DNA of 33,685 nt from an uncultured Bacillales bacterium. Lineage in GTDB: Bacteria; Bacillota_I; Bacilli_A; RFN20; CAG-826. Made by a program: the position numbers and the translations under genes. Positions 9,987 through 18,637 of this stretch are shown one piece after another. The DNA lies in assembly GCA_947303105.1 (NCBI GenBank), contig CAMYXQ010000001.1:1-33685 (forward strand), in the 5' to 3' direction. The first letter of the stretch is position 1. Every line of letters starts with the position of its first letter. Under the pieces are notes generated by a model. That model made no database searches, had not been told where the DNA came from, and saw only the letters and a list, made by a program, of their open reading frames with translations.

Positions 9987-10070
9987 GCCATCGCGAGGAG
10001 AAGGTGAGGAACCGGGTCAGGTCAGGGATGAAGCAGCCCTAACACATCGGCCCCTGTGCGATGGTTTTTT
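9987..10070 (+). ncRNA. ffs: Signal recognition particle RNA, small (4.5S-like) type
   Basis: The conserved domain IV core GGGUCAGGUCA-GGGA-UGAAGCAGCC (10014-10038) carries a GNRA tetraloop and closely matches E. coli 4.5S CAGGUCAGGUCC-GGAA-GGAAGCAGCC. The terminal helix pairs CCATCGC (9988-9994) with GCGATGG (10058-10064). A T6 run follows at 10065-10070. Confidence 0.85.
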
Positions 10071-10078
10071 GTTACAAT
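10070..10078 (+). promoter_or_regulatory. Extended -10 element (TGtTACAAT) directly upstream of tadA
   Basis: TG n TACAAT ends 8 nt before ATG 10087. There is no Shine-Dalgarno in between. Confidence 0.4.
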
Positions 10079-10086
10079 GTTTTCGC

Positions 10087-10539
10087 ATGGAAGACGAAAG
10101 ATTTATGAAAGAGGCCTTGTTGGAGGCCCAAAAAGCGTTCGCCAAAGGCGAGGTTCCCGTTGGCGCGGTCGTTGTCTATGAAGGGCAAATCGTGGGCCGC
10201 GGTCACAATCAAAGAGAATCGGGTCTTGATATCTCAAGCCACGCCGAGATCGAAGCGATGAAAAACGCCGCCAAAACCCTTGGCCGGTGGAATCTTTCGG
10301 ATTGCACGTTATATGTCACCTTAGAACCTTGTTTGATGTGCGCCGGAGCAATCCTTCAAAGTGGTTTGTTCCGTGTTGTTTATGGCGCCGAAGATGAACA
10401 AATGGGCGCGATATGTGCTAATTATCACGTCTTTGACGCTCCGTCAGCGAAGTCTCGCCCTTTGGTGAGCCGCGGCGTTTGCTCCAAAGAATGCGCCGAT
10501 CTTCTTCAACAATTTTTTGTCAGTCTCAGAGAAAAGTGA
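10087..10539 (+). CDS. tadA: tRNA-specific adenosine deaminase
   Basis: CDA-fold zinc motifs HAEIEAM and PCLMCAGA, with N-terminus MEDERFMKEALLEAQKAFAKGEVPVGAV. The start is uncertain: 10087 or 10105. The track start at 10069 lies inside the SRP RNA terminator. Confidence 0.9.
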   Translation: MEDERFMKEALLEAQKAFAKGEVPVGAVVVYEGQIVGRGHNQRESGLDISSHAEIEAMKNAAKTLGRWNLSDCTLYVTLEPCLMCAGAILQSGLFRVVYGAEDEQMGAICANYHVFDAPSAKSRPLVSRGVCSKECADLLQQFFVSLREK

Positions 10540-10541
10540 GA

Positions 10542-10567
10542 TTTTACCTATCAAAAAATAGGTAAAA
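10542..10567 (+). terminator. AT-rich 10-bp hairpin after tadA (weak terminator or operator)
   Basis: TTTTACCTAT / ATAGGTAAAA with loop CAAAAA. No T-run follows, so function is uncertain. Confidence 0.3.
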
Positions 10568-10583
10568 CATTGTTTATATAGTG

Positions 10584-10589
10584 TATAGT
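10584..10589 (+). promoter_or_regulatory. -10-like hexamer TATAGT 6 nt upstream of the ABC transporter ATG
   Basis: TGTATAGT, then 6 nt, then ATG 10596. No Shine-Dalgarno. Confidence 0.35.
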
Positions 10590-10595
10590 TTTCCT

Positions 10596-13535
10596 ATGCT
10601 TGAACTTAGGAACATCACGAAAGACTACTACGTAGACAAGAACCCGGTTCCTGCGATCAAAGGGGTCTCCCTTTGTTTTGCCGATTCCGGTTTTGTCTCC
10701 ATCCTCGGCCCCTCTGGCTGCGGAAAAACAACCCTTTTAAACCTCATTGGTGGGTTGGATCATTACACGGAAGGCGACTTGCTGATCGACGGGAAAACCA
10801 CGAAAGAATTCACCGATTCTGAATGGGACGCCTATCGAAACGAAAAGGTTGGGTTTGTTTTCCAAACCTACAACCTTATCCCCCATATGTCGGTCGTCGC
10901 CAATGTGGAAACCGCCCTTACCCTGAACGGTGTTCCTAAAGCCGAACGTCGCAAAAGAGCCCTTGAAGCATTAGCCTCCATGGGCCTAACCGAAGAAGCG
11001 AATAAAAAACCGAATCAGCTTTCTGGTGGCCAAATGCAGCGCGTTGCTTTGGCCCGCGCCGTCGTGAACAAACCGAAAATCATCTTGGCCGACGAACCCA
11101 CCGGCGCCCTCGACAGCGTTACCTCCGTTCAAGTTATGGATATCTTAAAAGAGATGTCCAAAGACCGATTGGTCATCATGGTAACTCACAATAGTGAGTT
11201 GGCTGATACTTATAGCGACCGAATCATCAAAATGAAAGATGGTTTGGTGACTGACGACAGCAACCCAATGACCATTGGTGAAGAAGTTGCTGGCAAAGAG
11301 ATTACCAAGAAAACATCCATGAGTTTTTGGACCGCGTTGCGGAGCTCTTGGGGCAACATCCGAACCAAAAAAGGCCGCACGATTTTGACTTCCGTTGCCT
11401 CCTCCATCGGTTTGATCGGCGTGGCACTTGTTTTATCCGTGAGCAACGGTTTCTCTCGTTATATCGCCAATGTTGAGCGCAGCGTCGCATCTGCCGTCCC
11501 CATTTCCGTTACGCCAATCACTTATTCGTACGCAACCGATTACACCGGGCCCGGCGAACAATATCCCGACACCAAATACGTGAATGTTTATGATTCGTCG
11601 TCCTCCATCATTGCGGTCCATCAAAACAAATTCACCCAGGAATATTACGATTATCTGAACGACTTGCTCGTTGACCCCAAAAAGAAAGAATGGGTTAGTT
11701 CTTTGCTGTTCAATCGCATTAACCAAGACTTCCATCTCTTAACGAGAACCGGCGATTATATCATGCAGCTGAATCAATATCGGTCCGCCGGCGTTGTTGG
11801 CAATGTCGTTGGAAGCGTCACCGGCTTACCGACGTATATTTTCCATGAACTGTATGGTTCCGATTCCGATCTTCGTGAATGGTATGACGTCATCGAAGGG
11901 AAGCTGCCCACCGCCAAAGACGAAATCGTTTTGATCGTCGACCGTTATAACCAAGTCGATGCATCCACGCTGAGCGCTCTCGGTTATTTCGATCCCGATA
12001 ACACCCTTAAACCCAAGGAAATTTCCTTTGAGGACATCATGGCGAAAACCTACAAGGTTTATCGTTCCGTTGACTGGTTTGGGAACGATGAATACAAAAC
12101 CCTGTCGAAATCTGTTTATCAAATTGATCGTTTCAATACAGATACGTTCCAATTAGAAGGAACAACCACCACCCAAGACCTCCATTATTTCCAAAGGACG
12201 CACGGTTTTGGCGAAGTGTATTCGCACGACGAGCTTTACCATCCCTTAGAGCTTAAGATCGTCGGCATCATCCGCCCAAGCCCATCGACTTATATCAACC
12301 TGATGCCCACTTCTTTGGGCTACACCACCGCTCTTAAAGATTGGATCACCGCCGACGGAACTGACGACCCCGACCCCGCGAAGGCGGCAGCCAACGCCGA
12401 GCTCGACGCCAGAATTAAAGAAGCGGCGGCAACAAACGTTTATCTTTCGGCGCCAGACGCTTTCGACGACGAAGACGGTTTGGCTTCCATCAACCGCTAT
12501 TTCAATGAGGCCAACGCGAAAGGCCGTGATGATCTGCACACCCTTAAAGAGATCCTCGATATGATCAGAAACGGTGAGGTTTCGGCTTTAGCCGAAGAGG
12601 ATACCGCGAAGATTACGACATTCATCACCGGTCTCGCCTCGTCCTTGTCCTCGTCCTTGGGTTATTGCACTTATTGGGCGGACAAAGATAACGACAAACC
12701 AAACCGCACAAATCTCAATGGTTTCTTGACCAACGCCCAAAAAGTGGGGGCCGATTTGAAACAGGAGAAGGTGAATGTCCCGACCGCCCCCGCGGCCATT
12801 GCCGCCGCCTTTGCCAAATATGGCGGGATCGATGGTTTTGCGAACAACGCCATCCCGACCTTCTTCAATACGCTGGGTGACTTGGCACGTACGGCCGCCA
12901 ACGCAATCGACTATTTGGCTCTGATGAACCAATTCGCGGTCGTTTCATCCATCCTTATCTTCCCATCCAGTTTGACGACGAAAGACGCCTTGTTGGAATA
13001 CTTGGATGCCTTTAACCACTACAACAACGACCCAACTTATGACCTCAAACCAGAAGAGGAACGAATTTACTATTCGGACATCATGGGCACCTTCACCGAT
13101 TCGATTAGCATCATGATTGAGGTGATCTCCGCCGTCTTGGTTGTCTTTGCCTCGATATCTTTGGTCGTAAGCTCGTTGATGACTGGAATCATCACTTATG
13201 TTTCTGTCGTCGAACGCACGAAAGAAATCGGTATCTTAAGAGCCTGCGGCGCCCGCAAGAGAGATGTTGGCCGCCTCTTTGAGGCGGAATGCGTCATTAT
13301 CGGCGGCTTCGCCGGAGTGATCGGCATCTTGGTGACCGTTTTGCTCGACGTTCCGATCAGCCTCATCATCGACCACGTTTTCCCTGGCAACAACTTGAAG
13401 ACAATCGCCTCCTTGAATCCGTTGCACGCTTTGATTTTGTTCGTCGTCGCCATCGTTCTTGCCTTCATCGCCGGCCTAATCCCGGCGCGTATCGCGGCGA
13501 AGAAAGACCCCGTTGTCGCATTGAGGACCGAATAA
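10596..13535 (+). CDS. Fused ABC transporter, ATP-binding domain plus MacB/FtsX-type permease with a very large extracytoplasmic domain
   Basis: Walker A GPSGCGKTT, signature LSGGQMQR, Walker B IILADEPTGALD. TM1 lies near residue 270. About 560 aa of non-hydrophobic sequence follows, then an FtsX-type C-terminal bundle (ERTKEIGILRACGARKRDVGRLF). ATG 10596 is preferred to GTG 10581. Confidence 0.88.
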   Translation: MLELRNITKDYYVDKNPVPAIKGVSLCFADSGFVSILGPSGCGKTTLLNLIGGLDHYTEGDLLIDGKTTKEFTDSEWDAYRNEKVGFVFQTYNLIPHMSVVANVETALTLNGVPKAERRKRALEALASMGLTEEANKKPNQLSGGQMQRVALARAVVNKPKIILADEPTGALDSVTSVQVMDILKEMSKDRLVIMVTHNSELADTYSDRIIKMKDGLVTDDSNPMTIGEEVAGKEITKKTSMSFWTALRSSWGNIRTKKGRTILTSVASSIGLIGVALVLSVSNGFSRYIANVERSVASAVPISVTPITYSYATDYTGPGEQYPDTKYVNVYDSSSSIIAVHQNKFTQEYYDYLNDLLVDPKKKEWVSSLLFNRINQDFHLLTRTGDYIMQLNQYRSAGVVGNVVGSVTGLPTYIFHELYGSDSDLREWYDVIEGKLPTAKDEIVLIVDRYNQVDASTLSALGYFDPDNTLKPKEISFEDIMAKTYKVYRSVDWFGNDEYKTLSKSVYQIDRFNTDTFQLEGTTTTQDLHYFQRTHGFGEVYSHDELYHPLELKIVGIIRPSPSTYINLMPTSLGYTTALKDWITADGTDDPDPAKAAANAELDARIKEAAATNVYLSAPDAFDDEDGLASINRYFNEANAKGRDDLHTLKEILDMIRNGEVSALAEEDTAKITTFITGLASSLSSSLGYCTYWADKDNDKPNRTNLNGFLTNAQKVGADLKQEKVNVPTAPAAIAAAFAKYGGIDGFANNAIPTFFNTLGDLARTAANAIDYLALMNQFAVVSSILIFPSSLTTKDALLEYLDAFNHYNNDPTYDLKPEEERIYYSDIMGTFTDSISIMIEVISAVLVVFASISLVVSSLMTGIITYVSVVERTKEIGILRACGARKRDVGRLFEAECVIIGGFAGVIGILVTVLLDVPISLIIDHVFPGNNLKTIASLNPLHALILFVVAIVLAFIAGLIPARIAAKKDPVVALRTE

Positions 13536-13538
13536 CAC

Positions 13539-15950
13539 ATGCGAACAAACCGCGCTCGAATGAAAACGGCCTTATTAAAGGCCCCGGAAATTCACCCGTC
13601 TGTCGAGATGGGTCTTTCGGGCGCACAAGTCAGAGAACGGAAACAAGTCGGACTCGTGAACGCCCCCGCCCGCGGAAGCACGAAATCGATTTGGAAAATC
13701 ATCTTCACGAACGTTTTCACCTTATTCAACATCGTTCTCTTCGCCATCACGGCGGTGATGATTGCCGCCGGAATCAAAACCATTTCGTCCTATGTGTTTC
13801 TTGGGTGCGATCTCTGCAACATCGCGATTGGCATTGTCACGGATATCCGCGCGAAGCGCATGGCTGAGCGCCTGCGCATTCTCGCGAGCACTGATTCCGT
13901 TGTGATTCGTGACGGCCAAGAGGATTGGATCCACCAGGAGACCATTGTCTTAAGCGACATTATCGTGCTTAGCGCCGGAGACCAAATCGTCGTAGACGGA
14001 ATCGTCCGCGAAGGCTCCATTACGGTAGATGAATCTCTTCTCACCGGGGAATCCGTTGGCGTCCACAAAACCATTGGCGACCAAGTCCTTTCTGGCAGTT
14101 ATGTCGTTTCCGGAAAAGCGAAGATCGAAGCGACCGCGGTTGGGGCTTTAAATTATGCCGACTCTTTGAGAGTCGAAGCAGGAAGATTCTCACGGCCGAA
14201 GAGCGAACTTCGGACCGTCGCGTTTCGCATCTTCCGCATCACCGCCCTGATTTCCGTGATTCTTGGGGCCGCCTTGTTCTTGGCTTCTTATTTCCGCACA
14301 AGGAATACTGTCGACGGGTTCGATTTCTATACCACCACATTGCAGATGTCTGGTTCGGTGGTCGCGATGATTCCAACGGGTTTGTATCTATTGACCTCGA
14401 TTACTTTGACGCGCGGTGTTGTCGTTCTTGGCAAAAGGCGCATGAGCGTTCAAGAGCTGTACTCAATCGAAACCTTGGCTCGCGTGGATACGATCTGCTT
14501 CGACAAAACGGGCACGCTTACGGATGGCTCATTGAATGTGAGCGCCCTTCTTAATCATTCCTCGTTCCCGGAAGAGGGAATCAAAATCAACCTCTTATCC
14601 ATTGTCCGGGCGACCGGAGACGATAACCCCACCGCAAAAGCGATCCGCGAATATTGTGGCGACGAGGCGAAAGCGGCCATTGCCGCCATCCCCTTTGACA
14701 GCGAATACAAATATTCCGCCGCCCAATTCGAAGATGGGACGTGGGTGTTTGGCGCCCCCGGATTCGCCGGTCCGGCCGGGGATCCCAATGACCCAGAACT
14801 TGCCGAGGCCTATGAGAAGGGGATGAGGATAATCGGCGTTTATTACACCAAAAACCCCATCAAAAATGAGAAAATCGACGCAAATACGGAATTAATTGCC
14901 TATTTACTATTAGAAGATCACATTAAACCGGACGCCGCCGACACCATCCGCTGGTTCGCCGAAAACGACGTTGCCGCGAAAGTGATTTCGGGCGACGACC
15001 CCAGAACGGTCGCCTCCGTCGCGGCCCGCGTTGGTTTACCTAGCGCCGACCAGTGGATTTCTTTGGCGGGGCTCAGCGATGAGGAAGTAATGGAAGTCGC
15101 CAACAAATACACCGTGTTTGGCCGCGTCTCACCAAGTCAAAAAGCGATTCTCGTCAAAGCGATGCAAGGGGCGGGTCACTCGGTTGCCATGACTGGCGAT
15201 GGCGTGAACGACATCGTCGCCTTGAAGGCCGCCGATTGTTCTATCGCCATGAGCAGCGGATCCAGCGCGGCGAAAAACATCTCGCACTTAATCGCGGTTG
15301 ATAATAACTTCTCCGCCCTGCCAGACGTCGTTTTTGAAGGCCGCAGAGTCATCAACAACCTTCAAAGAACATCATCGTTGTTCTTATCTAAAACAATCTT
15401 CGCGGTTACCACGACCTTGGCGTTCTTCGTCGCATCGTTTATCTCTGGGCAACAATACCCGTTCGAGACATCAAACCTCATCCTTTGGGAATTTGCTGTC
15501 ATCGGCGGCGGCGGTATGTTCCTTGCGTTTGAGAATTCCAAAGCTCGTCTAAAAGGCGGTTTCTGGGAAAACATCGTTGATTTGGCCCTGCCTGGAGGCG
15601 TAGCCGCCACATTAGTGGTAGCGGTCCTTTTCATCATTTATCGACAAGCGTCTGGGTTCTTAAGTTTCGAAGCCTTCGTGGCCACGTCGATTTTGGGTGT
15701 CACGATGCTGTCCCTGGCCAACCTTTTCCGTTTGTGCCTGCCTTGGACCAAATATCGGATCTTCGTATTTTGCCTCATCACCGGTGGCGGAAGCGCCATC
15801 TGGCTCGTCGATTTATTGACCTCTTTGCATGGCCCGCGCAGCCCAATACTCGGTTTGGATTATTCCTCTTTGACCGGGCCCGTCATCGGCGTGATGTTGC
15901 CGTCGTCGTTCCGGTTGTCATTCTCTATCTATTCATCACATCTGTCATAA
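13539..15950 (+). CDS. Cation-translocating P-type ATPase (possible frame problem in the last ~20 codons)
   Basis: TGES motif (LTGESVGV), phosphorylation site CFDKTGTLTDG, and hinge MTGDGVNDIVALKAADCSIAM. Nine clear TM segments are visible in the annotated frame. Confidence 0.9.
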   Translation: MRTNRARMKTALLKAPEIHPSVEMGLSGAQVRERKQVGLVNAPARGSTKSIWKIIFTNVFTLFNIVLFAITAVMIAAGIKTISSYVFLGCDLCNIAIGIVTDIRAKRMAERLRILASTDSVVIRDGQEDWIHQETIVLSDIIVLSAGDQIVVDGIVREGSITVDESLLTGESVGVHKTIGDQVLSGSYVVSGKAKIEATAVGALNYADSLRVEAGRFSRPKSELRTVAFRIFRITALISVILGAALFLASYFRTRNTVDGFDFYTTTLQMSGSVVAMIPTGLYLLTSITLTRGVVVLGKRRMSVQELYSIETLARVDTICFDKTGTLTDGSLNVSALLNHSSFPEEGIKINLLSIVRATGDDNPTAKAIREYCGDEAKAAIAAIPFDSEYKYSAAQFEDGTWVFGAPGFAGPAGDPNDPELAEAYEKGMRIIGVYYTKNPIKNEKIDANTELIAYLLLEDHIKPDAADTIRWFAENDVAAKVISGDDPRTVASVAARVGLPSADQWISLAGLSDEEVMEVANKYTVFGRVSPSQKAILVKAMQGAGHSVAMTGDGVNDIVALKAADCSIAMSSGSSAAKNISHLIAVDNNFSALPDVVFEGRRVINNLQRTSSLFLSKTIFAVTTTLAFFVASFISGQQYPFETSNLILWEFAVIGGGGMFLAFENSKARLKGGFWENIVDLALPGGVAATLVVAVLFIIYRQASGFLSFEAFVATSILGVTMLSLANLFRLCLPWTKYRIFVFCLITGGGSAIWLVDLLTSLHGPRSPILGLDYSSLTGPVIGVMLPSSFRLSFSIYSSHLS

Positions 15951-15983
15951 CTCGCCGCAAAAACCGCAAAAAGGAGCACGAAG

Positions 15984-16895
15984 ATGAGAATTAACCCAGA
16001 AGTCCAAAAAGCCCTTAACGAAGGCCGCCCCGTCGTCGCTTTGGAAAGCACGATCATTTCCCATGGGATGCCTTACCCAAAGAATGTTGAAACCGCACTG
16101 CGGGTTGAGGCCGTCGTGCGTGAGCACGGCGCCATCCCGGCAACAATGGGCATTATCGACGGTGTTCCGATTGTCGGAATGTCGCCCGAGGAAATCGAAG
16201 AGTTCGGCAAGAGGAAAGACATCGCCAAAGTCTCTAAAAGAGACTTACCAATCGTTGTCGCTAAGAAAGAGTGGGGCGCCACAACCGTATCTGGGACGAT
16301 TTTGATGGCCGCCAAAGCCGGCATTCGTTTCTTTGTCACTGGCGGGATCGGCGGCGTTCATCGCGGCGCATCGGAAACCTTTGATATCTCTCGCGACTTA
16401 TATGAGTTGGCAGACGAGCCCGTCACAGTCATCTGCGCTGGCGCGAAAGCGATCCTCGATATCCCCAAGACCTTAGAGGTTTTGGAAACCAACGGAGTGA
16501 CCGTTCTTTCATACAAATCCCCACATTTTGCCAACTTCTATTGCGTGGATTCGGGTTATCCGGTTGACGGCGTCTTCGAAACGCCCGAAGAGGCGGCCGC
16601 GATTGTGCGCGCCAAAGAAGAATTCGGTCTTAAAGGCGGAATTCTGATTAGTAACCCTTGCCCGGCGGAGTTCGCCCTTCCCCACGAGGAAATCGACCAC
16701 ATCATCGATGAGGCCGTGAGGGCGGCCGACGCGCGCCCCTTCGCCGCCGGGAAAGACATCACCCCGTTCTTGCTCAGCTACATTGCCGAACGGACGGGAG
16801 GAGAGTCCCTGGATACCAACATCCATCTCGTGTTGAACAACGCCGCTCTTGGCGCCGAAATAGCCAAAGCCTATTGGGAAGGAGGTAAGAAATGA
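15984..16895 (+). CDS. psuG: Pseudouridine-5'-phosphate glycosidase
   Basis: Near-colinear similarity to E. coli YeiN/PsuG: VVALESTIISHGMPYPKN, ATTVSGT, TGGIGGVHRG, FDISRDL, VICAGAKAILD, TPFLL. AAGGAG Shine-Dalgarno upstream. Confidence 0.93.
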   Translation: MRINPEVQKALNEGRPVVALESTIISHGMPYPKNVETALRVEAVVREHGAIPATMGIIDGVPIVGMSPEEIEEFGKRKDIAKVSKRDLPIVVAKKEWGATTVSGTILMAAKAGIRFFVTGGIGGVHRGASETFDISRDLYELADEPVTVICAGAKAILDIPKTLEVLETNGVTVLSYKSPHFANFYCVDSGYPVDGVFETPEEAAAIVRAKEEFGLKGGILISNPCPAEFALPHEEIDHIIDEAVRAADARPFAAGKDITPFLLSYIAERTGGESLDTNIHLVLNNAALGAEIAKAYWEGGKK

Positions 16896-17452
16896 CCACG
16901 GAAGCAAAACTGAAAAACGCTCTCCGAGAGGCGATGCAGACGCAGCCCCTCTCAGAGATTAATGTCACCCTCCTTTGTGAGAGATGCCACTGCCATCGCC
17001 AAACTTTCTACTATCACTATCAGGATATGTATGATCTCTTGGCAGCGATCTTCCTCACGGAAGATATTTCCGAATTGGAAATGACCAAGACCGTTATTGA
17101 GGCCCTTGATGCCATTCTCCATTATTGCAAAAAGAACTTCGTCTTCTTGCGGAGCGCTTACGCTTCCGCCGCCAGCGAATTCGTCGACGATTTCCTTTAT
17201 AGCAAAATCATGCTGAAGGTCTTCAACATCTTCTTGATGGAAGATCGTTTCGGTCTTGAGAAGGAAGAATACCGCACCTTGAGCAGGAGATATTCCAAGT
17301 TCATCAGCAACGAATTGTCCTACTGGCTCAAGAACACGTCGGTAACCCCAGCTCGTTTCGAAAAGAACTTAAAACGCTTTATCGTTGCCTCTGAGCACGA
17401 AGTGCTCCCGGGTTTAGCCAAACAGATTTATGAGGAGAAGAACAAGAAATGA
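16892..17452 (+). CDS. TetR-family (DhaS-like) transcriptional regulator
   Basis: N-terminal HTH region LSEINVTLLCERCHCHRQTFYYHYQDMYDLL. ATGA overlaps link it to both neighbouring genes. Confidence 0.75.
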   Translation: MTTEAKLKNALREAMQTQPLSEINVTLLCERCHCHRQTFYYHYQDMYDLLAAIFLTEDISELEMTKTVIEALDAILHYCKKNFVFLRSAYASAASEFVDDFLYSKIMLKVFNIFLMEDRFGLEKEEYRTLSRRYSKFISNELSYWLKNTSVTPARFEKNLKRFIVASEHEVLPGLAKQIYEEKNKK

Positions 17453-18627
17453 TGGATTTTGATTTTGTTTCCCCAACCCAAATTGTTTTTGGGAAAGACG
17501 CCGAAAAGAAAGCCGGCGCGTTGATTGAAAGTTACGGCTTTTCAAAAATCATGCTTGTCCACAGCGGCGGCTCTGCCGTCCGTTCCGGCCTAATTGATCG
17601 CGTAAAAGAAGATTTAAAACAACACAATATCGCCTATGTTGAGGTTTCTGGCGTTCGCCCAAACCCCGAAAAGGACGTTGTTGTGAAAGGCTTGAAGCTT
17701 GCCCATGAAGAAGAAATCGAAATGTTGCTCGCCGTTGGCGGCGGCTCGGTCATCGACACCGCGAAGTCTATTGCCGTCAACTTCTTCTATGACGGTGATC
17801 CAATGGACATCCACCGCAAGCTTGCCCAGCCGGTTGCCGCTTTGCCCGTTGGTGTGATTCTCACAATCGCCGCGGCGGGAAGCGAATTATCAAATTCCGC
17901 GGTCCTCACCGACCCGGCGATCACCGTTAAAAGCGGCCTTCGGAGCGACCTCGTTCGACCGATCTTTGCTTTGGAAAACCCAGAGCTCACCTTTGGTGTT
18001 CCGCCTTATCAGACCGCGGCGGGCATTGTCGATATGATGATGCACAGCATGGAACGTTATTTCAATCCGTCCTGTCCGTTCCAATTCTCCGATGACTTGG
18101 CTTTGGCCATCTGCAAGAGCGTTTACAAAGCCGGTGTGCGCGCCATGGAAGACCCGTGTGACTACGACGCTCGCGGAGCGCTCATGGTCTTGTCTGGCTA
18201 TGCGCACAACGGAATCACCGGGCTCGGCAAAAACAACACCTTCACGGTTCACGCTTTGGAGCATATTCTCAGCGCATATAACCACGACGTCACCCATGGC
18301 GCCGGCATCGCCGTCTGCTATTTGGGCTGGGCCAAAACGTATTACAAGGATCCGCAACTTCAAAAGAAGTTGGCTGACTTTGCGCGCTTCCTTTTCGATT
18401 TAAATATCGAAGATGATGAAAAAGCGGCTATAATTGGCATCGACCGGATGGAATCGTTCTACAAAACGATTGGCATGCCCGTTACCCTGAGGGAACTCGG
18501 GTTTATCGAAAGCGATTTGGCGCTTCTGGCGGATCTGGCAACAGGCAAGGGTACACGTGTGGTTGGCGCTTGCCCGCAACCACTGGATCGCGAAGCGGTT
18601 TTACGCGTCTACAAAGAGTGTTTCTAG
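17449..18627 (+). CDS. Iron-containing (group III) alcohol dehydrogenase
   Basis: 392 aa with GGGSVIDTAK, metal-binding His residues (HSMERYF, HALEH, THGAG), and butanol-dehydrogenase/YqhD-like length. Confidence 0.88.
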   Translation: MMDFDFVSPTQIVFGKDAEKKAGALIESYGFSKIMLVHSGGSAVRSGLIDRVKEDLKQHNIAYVEVSGVRPNPEKDVVVKGLKLAHEEEIEMLLAVGGGSVIDTAKSIAVNFFYDGDPMDIHRKLAQPVAALPVGVILTIAAAGSELSNSAVLTDPAITVKSGLRSDLVRPIFALENPELTFGVPPYQTAAGIVDMMMHSMERYFNPSCPFQFSDDLALAICKSVYKAGVRAMEDPCDYDARGALMVLSGYAHNGITGLGKNNTFTVHALEHILSAYNHDVTHGAGIAVCYLGWAKTYYKDPQLQKKLADFARFLFDLNIEDDEKAAIIGIDRMESFYKTIGMPVTLRELGFIESDLALLADLATGKGTRVVGACPQPLDREAVLRVYKECF

Positions 18628-18637
18628 GAGGTAACCT

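Noticed and set aside
13289-13867. 192-aa Arg-rich ORF bridging the ABC permease 3' end and the P-type ATPase 5' end
   Set aside because: It is an off-frame overlap of two well-supported genes. The Arg/His-rich composition is typical of an alternative-frame read-through.
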